DNA of 64,000 bases from a virus (Duplodnaviria > Caudoviricetes). Where the stretch lies: the IMG/VR virus record IMGVR_UViG_3300010340_000989, positions 64,001 to 128,000 of that record; one strand, written 5' to 3'. The position numbers were made by a program, and so were the translations under genes. Below the pieces are notes generated by a model that saw only the letters and a list, made by a program, of their open reading frames with translations, ran no database searches and was not told the origin of the DNA. Below are positions 19,492 through 29,430 of this stretch, in pieces; position 1 is the stretch's first letter; every line of letters starts with the position of its first letter.

Positions 19492-20244
19492 ATGATAGAT
19501 AGATTTAAAAACTTTCTAAAAAGAAAAAATAAAAATGAATTCGACTCTAAATCCACAAAGGATATTATAAACGATATAGTAACACCCTTAGAGGATATTA
19601 ATGGTGTTACTATTAACATATCACAAGGTAATGTGATTCAAAGTGATTCAAAATTATTTTTAGTTAAATATAATTTTCACTTAACAAGTGATGTAGATTT
19701 GGAAGAATTTAAAAATGAAATATTAAATTGTAAATCACATATTGAATCAGAGGATCTAGTTATGTATTTATCAATTTCAACAAGGAAAAATGGGAAAAAT
19801 ATCAGTTATGCTGGAAGAATAAATATTTATACAAATGATAGTTTCAAAAATTACAGACTTCAATCATATAATTTTCAAAATATTATTAATTTCCTAAATT
19901 TCTTGAAAATAAGTAATGATATATTTAGTAATATTAAAAATAAATACTCTATCGAAAACCATATAAGTGGTCTCGATGATATGATATATGTTCAAATAAC
20001 TAAAGGAATTAGAGACGGTGTGGAAATTCCATATAATTTTATAGAAATTAAAGATAATGTGCTAACTTTTTTAGATATGATAAAAAAACATAATTTAATA
20101 TTTAGATTAGCTTTCGTATCCGAAAATAACACAGGTGGGTTTTCTTCTGAAGAACCATCATATGATGATATAAAGAATGGATTATATGATAAAAGACAAG
20201 TAAGTATATTAACAATATACGAACAAACCATTTTAACCTCATAG
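19492..20244 (+). CDS. hypothetical protein, distant member of the DIL.DL.D family
   Basis: DIINDIVTPLED; SHIESEDL. Confidence 0.65.
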   Translation: MIDRFKNFLKRKNKNEFDSKSTKDIINDIVTPLEDINGVTINISQGNVIQSDSKLFLVKYNFHLTSDVDLEEFKNEILNCKSHIESEDLVMYLSISTRKNGKNISYAGRINIYTNDSFKNYRLQSYNFQNIINFLNFLKISNDIFSNIKNKYSIENHISGLDDMIYVQITKGIRDGVEIPYNFIEIKDNVLTFLDMIKKHNLIFRLAFVSENNTGGFSSEEPSYDDIKNGLYDKRQVSILTIYEQTILTS

Positions 20245-20250
20245 AAAATA

Positions 20251-20281
20251 AAAAACCCCAGTTAAAGTAACTGGGGTTTTT
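20251..20281. terminator. bidirectional intrinsic terminator
   Basis: aaaaaccccagtta-aag-taactggggttttt. Confidence 0.85.
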
Positions 20282-20282
20282 C

Positions 20283-20351
20283 TTAGTGTGTATTTTCTAT
20301 ACAAATTTGTTTTATCTTATTATTAGTTCTACCAAGAACCCGACCTTTCAT
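20283..20351 (-). pseudogene. duplicated 3' end of the VWA gene (mini-ORF MKGRVLGRTNNKIKQICIENTH)
   Basis: Matches the C-terminus of 22014..23591 (KGRVL[IISVGTKVPI]GRTNNKVKQICIENTH) with a 10-codon deletion. Confidence 0.85.
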
Positions 20352-20355
20352 TTTA

Positions 20356-20994
20356 TTACCATCCATCATTGGATATTTTTTTATACATTGATTTTATAAA
20401 TTCGTCTATAAGTGAAGTAGTTATTATATCTACATCTTTATAAACGTTTAATATAAATTTATTTTTCCATACATCCGACTTGTAAAATGTTTCTAAATTA
20501 TCATTAGACTTTATTGATCTAGAACGAATTTCACAATAAAAATCAGATATATCAATTTTACACTTACCATTTTTAATATAAATTTTTAAAGTGTGTCTGA
20601 TTATAGCATTTGTTTCATAATATCCATCTAAGTCATATACCCCTTTAACAATTATTAATCCATTTTCTTTATCATCCAATTGAATTACATCATTAGATGA
20701 TTTGTAGTTTTCTGTGATAAATATTTTTGATCTTAAATATATTTCTTCTGATTTAACTGAATCAAGATTCAATATTTTTTGATATAATATTTTTTTATTG
20801 GAAATGGGAAATTTTACAACTTCCCTATTAATTGTTGTTAGTGAATCATATTTAAAAAATGTGCTATAAAAATGATTGTTTTCTTTCTCTATATAATTTC
20901 CGGTTTTCGGTTTCAACCACTCTTTAAATTTACTCTCTTGTGAATAAGATAAAAATGGTAATAATAAAATAAGAATGAATAATAGTTTTTTCAT
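20356..20994 (-). CDS. secreted DUF4468-like protein
   Basis: Signal peptide; YKSSNDVIQLDDKENGLIIVKG...LKIYIKNGKCK. Confidence 0.75.
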   Translation of the reverse strand: MKKLLFILILLLPFLSYSQESKFKEWLKPKTGNYIEKENNHFYSTFFKYDSLTTINREVVKFPISNKKILYQKILNLDSVKSEEIYLRSKIFITENYKSSNDVIQLDDKENGLIIVKGVYDLDGYYETNAIIRHTLKIYIKNGKCKIDISDFYCEIRSRSIKSNDNLETFYKSDVWKNKFILNVYKDVDIITTSLIDEFIKSMYKKISNDGW

Positions 20995-21025
20995 AAAAGG
21001 AAGGACAGATTTTAATATATAGAAT

Positions 21026-21163
21026 ATGAGAAGGTGTAAATATAGGAATTGTTTAAATGAAATACAAGGAAGAGCAAATAAAAAGTTTTGTAAAATTCAA
21101 TGTAAAAGAAATGAATTGAAATATAAGCAAAGAGATAAAAATAAATTAAAGGATGATTTGTGA
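21026..21163 (+). CDS. 45-aa Zn-finger-like peptide overlapping the start of the endonuclease gene
   Basis: Hand translation MRRCKYRNCLNEIQGRANKKFCKIQCKR...; TAATATATA at 21013-21021. Confidence 0.55.
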   Translation: MRRCKYRNCLNEIQGRANKKFCKIQCKRNELKYKQRDKNKLKDDL

Positions 21164-21980
21164 AATTTGTTTATTTGAAGTTAGAGACAGGAAACATTTA
21201 TCAATTCATATTTTACATTCACATCAAAATATGACATCAAAAACCTATTATGATGAATTTTTAAAAGTTAATGATGAGGATATATGTATAAATTGTGATA
21301 ATGTTGTTAAATTTGAAAATTTAAATTTGGGATATTTAAATAAGAAAAAAGAAAAGAAATTTTGTTCAGTATCTTGTGCTAAATTGTCACCTATGGTTAG
21401 TCAAAAACAAAAAGATACTTGTCTAAAAAAATATGGAAATAGTAATTTTAGAAATCCTGAAAAGAACAAAGAAACATGCTTATCTAGATATGGTGTAGAA
21501 AACGTTCTATGTAAAGGAACTATTTTCTCAGAAAAAAGGGATAATGTGATCCAAGAAAAGTATGGTGTGGTAAACATTTTCCAGGTTAAAGAAATTAGAG
21601 ATAGAATTAGAGAAAAAAGAAATAAAACTGGCGATTGGATAGATTACGAGAATGATAGATATTCAACTTATAAAGAATTCTATAGAATATCTTGGAATTA
21701 TTATAAGTCAGTAAAATTAAAATTTTTGGAAATGTGGAATGGATATGACTTTTATGATGGTGAATATATAAAAAATAATTTATTACTCGATTCAAACGAT
21801 GGTGATTATCCTTCTATAGATCATAAAATATCAATAAGAAAATGCTTTGATTTAAATAAATCCCCTATAGAAGCTTCTAATTTTGATAATCTTTGTGTTA
21901 CTAAAAGAAGATTAAATTCTTCTAAAAAGAATATTGATATTTTAATATTTCAAGATAAAATAAAAAACTCGTCCAATTAG
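21153..21980 (+). mobile_element. free-standing HNH-like homing endonuclease
   Basis: N-terminal CxxC/C2H2; TCL.(K/R)YG repeats; SIDHKIS...NL.VT.R.LNSSK. Confidence 0.75.
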
Positions 21981-21991
21981 ACGAGTTTTTT
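21962..21991. terminator. bidirectional terminator
   Basis: aaaaaactcgtc-caatta-gacgagtttttt. Confidence 0.75.
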
Positions 21992-22013
21992 ATTTCTGAA
22001 CTTTTTCGAACTA

Positions 22014-23591
22014 TTAATGTGTATTTTCTATACAGATTTGCTTTACTTTATTATTAGTCCTGCCGATTGGTACTTTTGTACCAACTGATATAATCAAAAC
22101 CCTTCCTTTGACTTTAGAAAAATCAAGATGATCGCAATAACCATCCGTGAGCAAAACCGTATTGAAATCATTATAATGATCAACTACATAATCAACAGAT
22201 GGTTGTAATACGGTACCTCCAAGACCATGAATTTTCATAGTTTCAAGTTTTTTCTTACTCTTGAAATTCTCAACCCATTTTACTTCGGTATCACCTTGAA
22301 TGAAGTTAATTTCAATATCATTACGATAAACATAAGAAAGAACTCTTTCAAATGTACCTTGACCACCCATTGATCCTGATGTATCAAGAATTACGTTTAC
22401 TTTACTCTTAATCTTACGATTACCTTTCAATCCTGGAATTTGACGACGATTTGGTTTAACAATTGTTTTATGTTTGATGTGTCCAAAAATCATATTAGAA
22501 ACAGAACGTTTGATTTCTTTCAAATAATCTTTACGTTGTTTACGAAGTTTGTTAAGAGTTGTCTCAACATTTCCAGCTGAAAGACCACGAGATGCAAGTC
22601 GATCCATTACGTCACGAACCATAGCCTCACGCATTTCTTCGGGTACATCATCTCCAATGTGTTTATCAAGGTATTCGCCAGTACCATTCTCCAAATCTTG
22701 GAAGATTTGATCAGTACTCCAAGTATCCATAGGATCTCCTTTACCAGCTGGATTTTTACCATAAGGCCCATATGATGGTTTACCAGACGCATCTTTACCA
22801 CCTTCATTACCAGTTCCACCACAGTCTGGACAAGACTCACCTTGGCCACCCCCACCATTACCGTTCTGACCTTGTCCCTGACCTTGACCTGGTTGTTGAC
22901 CTTGTCCCTGACCTTGACCTGGTTGTTGACCTTGACCTTGTCCCTGACCTTGAACTGGTTGTTGACCTTGACCTTGTCCCTGACCTTGACCTGGTTGTTG
23001 ACCTTGACCTGGTTGTTGACCTTGACCCGATTTATTATCTTTTTTACCAGTACCATTACAAGTTTGGCATTGTGAGTTCTTACATTTGCCTTCTTTTTGT
23101 TTCTTTTGAAACTTATCTTTCTCTTCTTTCAACCACTCATATAACTCCTCAAAGATAAGTTTGCCTGGATAATCTTTTGGAATGAATAAAGCCATGTTTT
23201 TACCATCTTTATTCTTAGGGATTTCTACGAAAGAATGTGAAATATCTTCCCAAATAACATGATTAATAATCATATCTTGAGCAATATTAGACAATTTATG
23301 TTCGTACTGACCAGTAATAGTTCTACGTGGGTGATTAAACAAAAGGTGAAAATCCTCATGTAGAGTAATGAAGTTTACTTCTTTTTGAGACATATCCTCA
23401 AGGAACTTTGGAGAGTAGAAGAAATTCATACCCTTTGAGGTTACATTTACCGCACAAGTTCCAATAGAGTCTTGCTCATGAAAACTAATGTGTAAGTTGA
23501 ATTCTCCATAATATGGAAGATTAACCTTTGTATCAATCAACATTGTCTGAATTGAATTCAGTAATTTCTCATGTATATTCTTTACTATCAT
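22014..23591 (-). CDS. HExxH metallopeptidase-like plus VWA domain protein (DUF2201-type MoxR partner)
   Basis: LHEDFHLL..H..R, N.AQD..IN; MIDAS DTSGSM, GGT, LTDG. Confidence 0.85.
   Translation of the reverse strand: MIVKNIHEKLLNSIQTMLIDTKVNLPYYGEFNLHISFHEQDSIGTCAVNVTSKGMNFFYSPKFLEDMSQKEVNFITLHEDFHLLFNHPRRTITGQYEHKLSNIAQDMIINHVIWEDISHSFVEIPKNKDGKNMALFIPKDYPGKLIFEELYEWLKEEKDKFQKKQKEGKCKNSQCQTCNGTGKKDNKSGQGQQPGQGQQPGQGQGQGQGQQPVQGQGQGQGQQPGQGQGQGQQPGQGQGQGQNGNGGGGQGESCPDCGGTGNEGGKDASGKPSYGPYGKNPAGKGDPMDTWSTDQIFQDLENGTGEYLDKHIGDDVPEEMREAMVRDVMDRLASRGLSAGNVETTLNKLRKQRKDYLKEIKRSVSNMIFGHIKHKTIVKPNRRQIPGLKGNRKIKSKVNVILDTSGSMGGQGTFERVLSYVYRNDIEINFIQGDTEVKWVENFKSKKKLETMKIHGLGGTVLQPSVDYVVDHYNDFNTVLLTDGYCDHLDFSKVKGRVLIISVGTKVPIGRTNNKVKQICIENTH
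22867..23026 (-). repeat. in-frame Gly/Gln tandem repeat (GQGQQP)n between CxxCxGxG motifs
   Basis: ttgacc / ctggttg units. Confidence 0.9.
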
Positions 23592-23609
23592 TTTCTTTTA
23601 TTATTTTTA

Positions 23610-23640
23610 CAAATATAGTTATAACTTACTAATAAACAAA
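23610..23640 (-). promoter_or_regulatory. Bacteroidota-type promoter TTTG-N19-TATATTTG
   Basis: caaatata 23610-23617; caaa 23637-23640. Confidence 0.75.
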
Positions 23641-23641
23641 A

Positions 23642-24115
23642 TTAATTATTCATTTCATCCAAAATGGATTGTAAATGTGTAGCAACCTTTATCGTTTTCA
23701 ACGATTGTTTAGTCTTCATTCTCTTATGAATCTCTTTATTAAAACGAGTAACTATTGTTTTAGTAAACTCATTTGGAAAAGGAATTTCTACAAATCCTGA
23801 TAATTCTTTATTATCATTTTTATACTCTACTAAAGAAATAGAATAAGTCTCGGTATTTGATGATTTACTTGGTCGAAGTATAATCAAATATTTTGAATTT
23901 TCAATATGAAAAACTTGATCTATATTACTTATTCTAAGTTCCGTAGTAGGTTCATTTATCATCCTCATACATATATCAAAAAGTGGTTTTTGAATCTCAT
24001 TCATAGTCACCTTTATATCCATAGTTTTAGCTGCTGTTTTAAACAATTTTCTAATTCTAACAGCTAGTCTACAGAATTTATACATAAACCATCTTTTAAC
24101 TGTTTTCTTTGTCAT
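23642..24115 (-). CDS. hypothetical protein
   Basis: ORF track. Confidence 0.65.
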   Translation of the reverse strand: MTKKTVKRWFMYKFCRLAVRIRKLFKTAAKTMDIKVTMNEIQKPLFDICMRMINEPTTELRISNIDQVFHIENSKYLIILRPSKSSNTETYSISLVEYKNDNKELSGFVEIPFPNEFTKTIVTRFNKEIHKRMKTKQSLKTIKVATHLQSILDEMNN

Positions 24116-24120
24116 AAAAA

Positions 24121-25842
24121 TTATTTAATAATGTCTGTTGGTTCATTAAAGGTAATGAAATCCTTAAACTTTGTATCATTTTCAATATTCTCAATATGTT
24201 GTTTTGCAACATCTTTAATTCCGATTTCTTCAGCCATTTTTAAAATATCCTGTTTCATATCTGTCACATCTTGTGTCTTTTCTTCTTCTTTACTCTCATA
24301 AGAGTTAGATCCACTAACTCTATCAAATTCTGGATTTTGTTCAAATCCCATACGAATCATCTTATCAACTAATTGATGCCAAGTCATATCACCACGATAC
24401 TCGAACTCAGTAGGTGAAATCATAGTTACTTTACCCAGTAAATCAATTTTATTAATTTTTTGATAAACTTCTCGGTCAACTGATTTAGATTCATCAACTT
24501 GACCTTGTTTTTGAATCTTAATTGTATAATACCCTTTAGTCAACATTTGAATAACCACTGGTGTATTAAGTTTCAAAATAGGTGCAATTTTTTCAACAAC
24601 TGCAACCAAATTTTCATCTGGATCAATACCAGTTTTATTTTCTGTTGATACAAAGAAATCATAACCAATTGGTAATTCTTTTGGTTGTAATGAAATAAGA
24701 CGGCTATTTAGAACTTTCAAATCATCAGAAGATGATACGATTCTAGATTCAGCTTGTTTAACATCCATTTTCAACTTAGAGATTTCTTTCTCGGTCTTTT
24801 CAATACGGTTTTTTAGTTCTTCGACTTTTTCAGCATTCATTTTTTCAAATGACTCACGCATATATCGTTGAGACGCAGTTTCTTTTATTTCAGGAATTGA
24901 TTCTATAATTTCTTCATCAGATTCACCCTCAAATTCTCTTTTTAATTCTTCATCTGTTTCTGAACTAAAAAGAGCATTAAGGATAGACATTCCTGATTCA
25001 GAAACATCTGTTTGTTTCTGATTTTCTTTATCAAATAGTGAAAATAACATATCAATTGGTTTTTTGTGTTCTACTTCAAGGTAACAAGGCTTAGCATCTT
25101 CATCTTGAAAATTAAGACCAGCCACAACAAACTTTTGTGTATATCCAGTTACATCACGATCATCAATATCATCGATGAAACGTTGAATCATTTCTGGGGT
25201 TGAAAAGGTAGTATCCATTTCTTCAAAATTGATAGTTCCTTCATCACAAATAGTGATTTTAAAAATAGATCCTTCTAACATACCGGATAATTGTTCTCCT
25301 TTAATAAAGGCAACATTATTCAATAGTCGAATTCTCCCTTGAAGACCAGTAACAAAATTTAAAAATTTTCGTTTTGGTTTGTATTTACCAATAACCACTT
25401 CCTTATCCACCTCAGTTTGTTCATCAGTTTTATTCTTTTCATCAAGAATAACATAACCATCACCATCTAATTCAAGTGCATTAGATACTTTATCAATATT
25501 TTCTAAATTATTTTTAGAACTTAGAATTTCATCAATAGTTATCTTTGTTAATATATCAGTTTTAACTTCATCAGAAACCGCCCAACAATCTTCTCCTGTA
25601 ATTGGATCTTCAAAAATATCATTTTTCTCAGCAAATTCTTTTGCTTTTTCAAGCCATTTTGTAGTATTAAACTGATCAAAAAATTCTTGATCCTGAGGTT
25701 TAACATAGACATTCATGTTTCCGTCTTGTATATCTACTTGAAACATCAGTCCTTCAAGTAATCGTTCAGCGACTGAATATCCATCAAATTGTGCAGTTTT
25801 TATAGTCTTACCTGACTCTGTTTCGAAGTGTTTAAATTTCAT
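24121..25842 (-). CDS. acidic coiled-coil hypothetical protein
   Basis: 573 aa; central heptad region; promoter TTTG-N19-TATATTTG at 25861-25891. Confidence 0.75.
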   Translation of the reverse strand: MKFKHFETESGKTIKTAQFDGYSVAERLLEGLMFQVDIQDGNMNVYVKPQDQEFFDQFNTTKWLEKAKEFAEKNDIFEDPITGEDCWAVSDEVKTDILTKITIDEILSSKNNLENIDKVSNALELDGDGYVILDEKNKTDEQTEVDKEVVIGKYKPKRKFLNFVTGLQGRIRLLNNVAFIKGEQLSGMLEGSIFKITICDEGTINFEEMDTTFSTPEMIQRFIDDIDDRDVTGYTQKFVVAGLNFQDEDAKPCYLEVEHKKPIDMLFSLFDKENQKQTDVSESGMSILNALFSSETDEELKREFEGESDEEIIESIPEIKETASQRYMRESFEKMNAEKVEELKNRIEKTEKEISKLKMDVKQAESRIVSSSDDLKVLNSRLISLQPKELPIGYDFFVSTENKTGIDPDENLVAVVEKIAPILKLNTPVVIQMLTKGYYTIKIQKQGQVDESKSVDREVYQKINKIDLLGKVTMISPTEFEYRGDMTWHQLVDKMIRMGFEQNPEFDRVSGSNSYESKEEEKTQDVTDMKQDILKMAEEIGIKDVAKQHIENIENDTKFKDFITFNEPTDIIK

Positions 25843-25879
25843 ATTAGAATTTTAGAAGTACAAATATAGGTATAAAATC

Positions 25880-26251
25880 TTACTTATCAAAAATTTTGTT
25901 TAGTTTTAAATCTCTGACTTCATCTTTAGTATAAAGTTTTGGCAAAGATTCGCCATTATCGGTAACTCGATTATTATTGAGTCTTTCTTTAAAAAAATTC
26001 AAATCAGTATCTTCATTTGGCAAAGAACCATTATGTATTTTTAAAATATTTTTAATTTCATAAATGAATGGAGAAAAATTTTGACATACTGTTAAATCTT
26101 CTTCATCATGATTATCAATACAAGTCTCTAACAAAAAATATAACTCACTTTTTGAAAGTTCTTTCATTTTTTCTCTTTGATCAGAAACATTAAAGTTTTT
26201 ATAAATCTCAACAAACAATTGAGATACTATTAATTCATTTTTTTCGTACAT
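25880..26251 (-). CDS. hypothetical protein with C-terminal RxxK tag
   Basis: Ends RDLKLNKIFDK. Confidence 0.7.
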   Translation of the reverse strand: MYEKNELIVSQLFVEIYKNFNVSDQREKMKELSKSELYFLLETCIDNHDEEDLTVCQNFSPFIYEIKNILKIHNGSLPNEDTDLNFFKERLNNNRVTDNGESLPKLYTKDEVRDLKLNKIFDK

Positions 26252-26740
26252 TTATATTCCTAGTTTTGTTAATTGATATTCTCGATATTCTTGTTTCCCA
26301 ACAGATCCTAGCTCATAAGCTCTTCTGAAAAAAACTTCAAATAAATGTTCATGCCCCATTTCTTTTGCAGCCATTGCCCTATTTATACTCTTAAATTCAT
26401 CTGTAATACGATTGGCTTGTGTTTGAGCTAACATAATTTGCTTATCCTGATCGTTGGATTTAGAAATTATATCTTCAATTCGTTTGAAGTTTTTTTGAAT
26501 TTCACTTTTTGATTGTCCGTTGTATTTCATAGTTTTTGTTAAAAATACTTTTAAAAATAAATCAAAGCTTTTTTGTCCTCTTTCATTCTTATGACCAGAT
26601 TTATTAGTATGTTGTGATTTGATCCAAAACCAATTAAGCATTTCAAATTCATGTTTTATTTCATCTCTATTTTTCAAAAATATTTGATATTTTTTTATCT
26701 CGATATTCTTGTATAGATAATTTTTTTGAAATGTTGTCAA
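26252..26740 (-). CDS. hypothetical protein with C-terminal tag; true start probably downstream (MKYNG)
   Basis: Ends REYQLTKLGI; annotated 5' end overlaps the upstream gene. Confidence 0.6.
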   Translation of the reverse strand: MTTFQKNYLYKNIEIKKYQIFLKNRDEIKHEFEMLNWFWIKSQHTNKSGHKNERGQKSFDLFLKVFLTKTMKYNGQSKSEIQKNFKRIEDIISKSNDQDKQIMLAQTQANRITDEFKSINRAMAAKEMGHEHLFEVFFRRAYELGSVGKQEYREYQLTKLGI

Positions 26741-27062
26741 TTTTATCTATAGATTTTTGATCTGATGGTTTTAAAGAATTAAAATAAAAATTACACAAAT
26801 ATTCTCTAATACTCATCATAGGATCTATAAAATTATGTTCATAAATAGTCAAATTTAAATCCTTTGAACTTAGAGTTATCCAACCTTTACTTAAAGTCCA
26901 ACCCGTATCTATTTCTAATTTCCAAGTAACATAAAACTCAAATTTAACATCATCAATCACAATAGACATACAAACGTTATTGACCGGCTTCCAAATTACT
27001 CGACCATTTATAGTTTGTTCTGATAGATTTTCTATCATTATTTGTAGTGAATCTTTAATCAT
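26667..27062 (-). CDS. hypothetical protein with C-terminal RxxK tag
   Basis: Ends RDKKISNIFEK. Confidence 0.7.
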   Translation of the reverse strand: MIKDSLQIMIENLSEQTINGRVIWKPVNNVCMSIVIDDVKFEFYVTWKLEIDTGWTLSKGWITLSSKDLNLTIYEHNFIDPMMSIREYLCNFYFNSLKPSDQKSIDKIDNISKKLSIQEYRDKKISNIFEK

Positions 27063-27122
27063 TATTTATATTTATAACTTCATGAAACATCATGATAACC
27101 TTAAAACATAAATATATAACAT

Positions 27123-27875
27123 ATGAAGATATTTACCAAGAAATTTTTTAACTATTTAAAAAGTAAAGATTCTAAAGGATCTAAAATATTGTTTTTAACA
27201 ACATCAAATCGTTGGTCAGGTGAAAAAGAACTACCAAAATCATCGGAATTAGCTATTGAAATAAGAAATAAATTAAAAAACTGCGAGGTTATAGATATTT
27301 CAAAATTAAAGATATTTCCTTGTGAGGGAAATGTTTCTAAAAATGGTGGAAATAATTGTGGTATAAAAGACGCTATGTTAAAAGATGATAAGAAAAATCC
27401 ACATAAAATTGTCAGATGTTGGGCTTCTGTTAATAACCCAACAGATGAAATGTACATTGTTGCTAACAAAATATATGAATCAGATATCATAGTATTTTTT
27501 GGATCTATTAGATGGGGTAAAATGAATGCAGTTTATACTCAACTTATTGAAAGATTAACTTGGTTAGAAAATAGACACGCTTCATTAGGTGAATCTAATT
27601 TATTGAAAGATAAAGAAGTTGGAATCGTAGCAATGGGTCATAATTGGAACGGTCAAGATGCTGTTGAACTTGAAAAAGAAGTTTTAAAATATTTTGGATT
27701 CCAAACACCAAAAGAACTATCATTTAATAGACAATGGACGACTGATCCTACTGATGAAAGTCTAAAAGGATATAAACAAGACTATAAAGACTTCTTAAAA
27801 GAAAAGACTCTCTTAGATAGTCTAAAAGAGTCGTATAGAGATTTCTCGGATTGGATTAATAATAAATTTAGTTAA
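27123..27875 (+). CDS. flavodoxin-fold NAD(P)H-dependent FMN reductase / iron-sulfur flavoprotein-like
   Basis: TSNR...S..LA, PCEG...C...RCWAS, SDIIVFFGSIRWG, LIERL. Confidence 0.75.
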   Translation: MKIFTKKFFNYLKSKDSKGSKILFLTTSNRWSGEKELPKSSELAIEIRNKLKNCEVIDISKLKIFPCEGNVSKNGGNNCGIKDAMLKDDKKNPHKIVRCWASVNNPTDEMYIVANKIYESDIIVFFGSIRWGKMNAVYTQLIERLTWLENRHASLGESNLLKDKEVGIVAMGHNWNGQDAVELEKEVLKYFGFQTPKELSFNRQWTTDPTDESLKGYKQDYKDFLKEKTLLDSLKESYRDFSDWINNKFS

Positions 27876-28083
27876 ATGCCATAAGTATCTTTTTACCAAG
27901 AACAATATCAACTATTTTAGTATCTTCAATATCCATCTTACGATAGTTTTTTAAAATATTAACATAATCAGATTTATCTTCATTAGATTGAAGAATGTTT
28001 GATAAAGAATCACACATAGAAGTCAATGTATTATCATACTTAGTTAATACATTCCAAAGTATATTTCTTTCTGTGTTTGTCAT
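27868..28083 (-). CDS. hypothetical protein
   Basis: Promoter TTTG-N20-TATATTTG at 28088-28119. Confidence 0.6.
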   Translation of the reverse strand: MTNTERNILWNVLTKYDNTLTSMCDSLSNILQSNEDKSDYVNILKNYRKMDIEDTKIVDIVLGKKILMAFN

Positions 28084-28109
28084 ATGACAAATATACGGAG
28101 AAAGAACAA

Positions 28110-28439
28110 CTAAACCAAAATTTTATCTATCTTGTTTTCTCTATAATTACTGATAATTTTAGTAATTAATTCATCTTTATCTTTATAAGAAACACCAGTC
28201 AATTCAGATATAACAGCAACAAACATAAGAGATACGTCACTCTCACAGTCAATCTTTTTCCACTCACCATTAAGTCTGAAAAATACCTCTCCATCATTAG
28301 TTATTTCTAATAACTTTTCATTACTTGGTGAATTTATAGTAAGAGTATTTGGTGATTGAATATATGATAATGTGTTATTGTTTGTAAAATTTGATATATC
28401 AATTGAATTAGATTGTGTCATATATGTTATATGACACAA
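28110..28439 (-). CDS. hypothetical protein with C-terminal RxxK tag
   Basis: Ends RENKIDKILV. Confidence 0.7.
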   Translation of the reverse strand: MCHITYMTQSNSIDISNFTNNNTLSYIQSPNTLTINSPSNEKLLEITNDGEVFFRLNGEWKKIDCESDVSLMFVAVISELTGVSYKDKDELITKIISNYRENKIDKILV

Positions 28440-28467
28440 TCATAACTAAGTTATAGTATCGATAAGA

Positions 28468-28668
28468 CTATTTGATAATATCATTCATTTCAATTACTCC
28501 ATAGTAATCTCTGTTATCATTTTGTGAAAAATTCTTCCCTGATGCTAGATATTTATCGATTGCTTCTTCACTATTATTAGCTAATACTAATTTAGAGTAG
28601 TAAACACTATATGATTCACGATCACCTCCATCATCACCTATCCAAAAACATAAATAAAACTTTTCCAT
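28468..28668 (-). CDS. hypothetical protein
   Basis: ORF in operon. Confidence 0.55.
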   Translation of the reverse strand: MEKFYLCFWIGDDGGDRESYSVYYSKLVLANNSEEAIDKYLASGKNFSQNDNRDYYGVIEMNDIIK

Positions 28669-29027
28669 TATTTGATGTAGTTTTTATATTTTTGATTATA
28701 ACTAACTGGTATTGACTCACATCTTTCAAGTCTCTCTTTTAATAGAAGCATTTTAAAGGACTTAGAACTATTAAACAGAGATTTTTTCTCAATCTTATAT
28801 AAATCAATTATTCTATTCTCAACAAAATAAACATAATAAGCACTATATCTTTGTCGAGAATCTGCTACTTTCTCAATAGACTCTAGATTTAGATCGATAT
28901 CTGGGATTCGATTCTTGAAATTTCTAGCAATATTATAAAAATGTTGACGAGTCTCGTCATATCCATTTGAGATTAACATTTTTGAAATGTTATTATCAAT
29001 GTGATTTTTAATTGTCTCCGCTTTCAT
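28668..29027 (-). CDS. hypothetical protein
   Basis: ORF in operon. Confidence 0.6.
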   Translation of the reverse strand: MKAETIKNHIDNNISKMLISNGYDETRQHFYNIARNFKNRIPDIDLNLESIEKVADSRQRYSAYYVYFVENRIIDLYKIEKKSLFNSSKSFKMLLLKERLERCESIPVSYNQKYKNYIK

Positions 29028-29430
29028 TTTCTAATATTTTACTAATTAAATAGTCTCTCGACCAACTTTTATCATCAAAGATAAATCCACTATACAATCC
29101 TGAAATTAAATAACCATCAATTGTAAGAAGACCACCTCTTCTTTGCAAAGATATGAATTTTTTCTTAATTTTCCAATTTTGAGACAATATTTGAAGGAAT
29201 CGATCCTTAAAAGGTATTAGATAATAAGTAGGTAACTCATTAGAATGTCTACGCTCATCTGGATCGATTCTATATCTAACCTTTATTCTTAAAGTATCAA
29301 TTATTCTAATTGAACCCTCATGAGCAGCAAATATAGGAACTTTATAGTCTATTTGTATTTTATAATCAGATAGTTTTCTGATTCTAAACCGACCATCCTC
29401 GTTTTTCAATTCTTCTATAATTGGGTTCAT
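29008..29430 (-). CDS. hypothetical protein with near-C-terminal tag
   Basis: RDYLISKILE. Confidence 0.6.
   Translation of the reverse strand: MNPIIEELKNEDGRFRIRKLSDYKIQIDYKVPIFAAHEGSIRIIDTLRIKVRYRIDPDERRHSNELPTYYLIPFKDRFLQILSQNWKIKKKFISLQRRGGLLTIDGYLISGLYSGFIFDDKSWSRDYLISKILENESGDN

Noticed and set aside
22867-23026. Possible CRISPR array
   Set aside because: Short in-frame coding repeats with no unique spacers and no cas genes
22607-23158. Alternative-frame ORFs 22607..23056, 22772..23158 and 22842..23075 with repetitive translations
   Set aside because: Shadows of the GQ repeat inside the VWA gene
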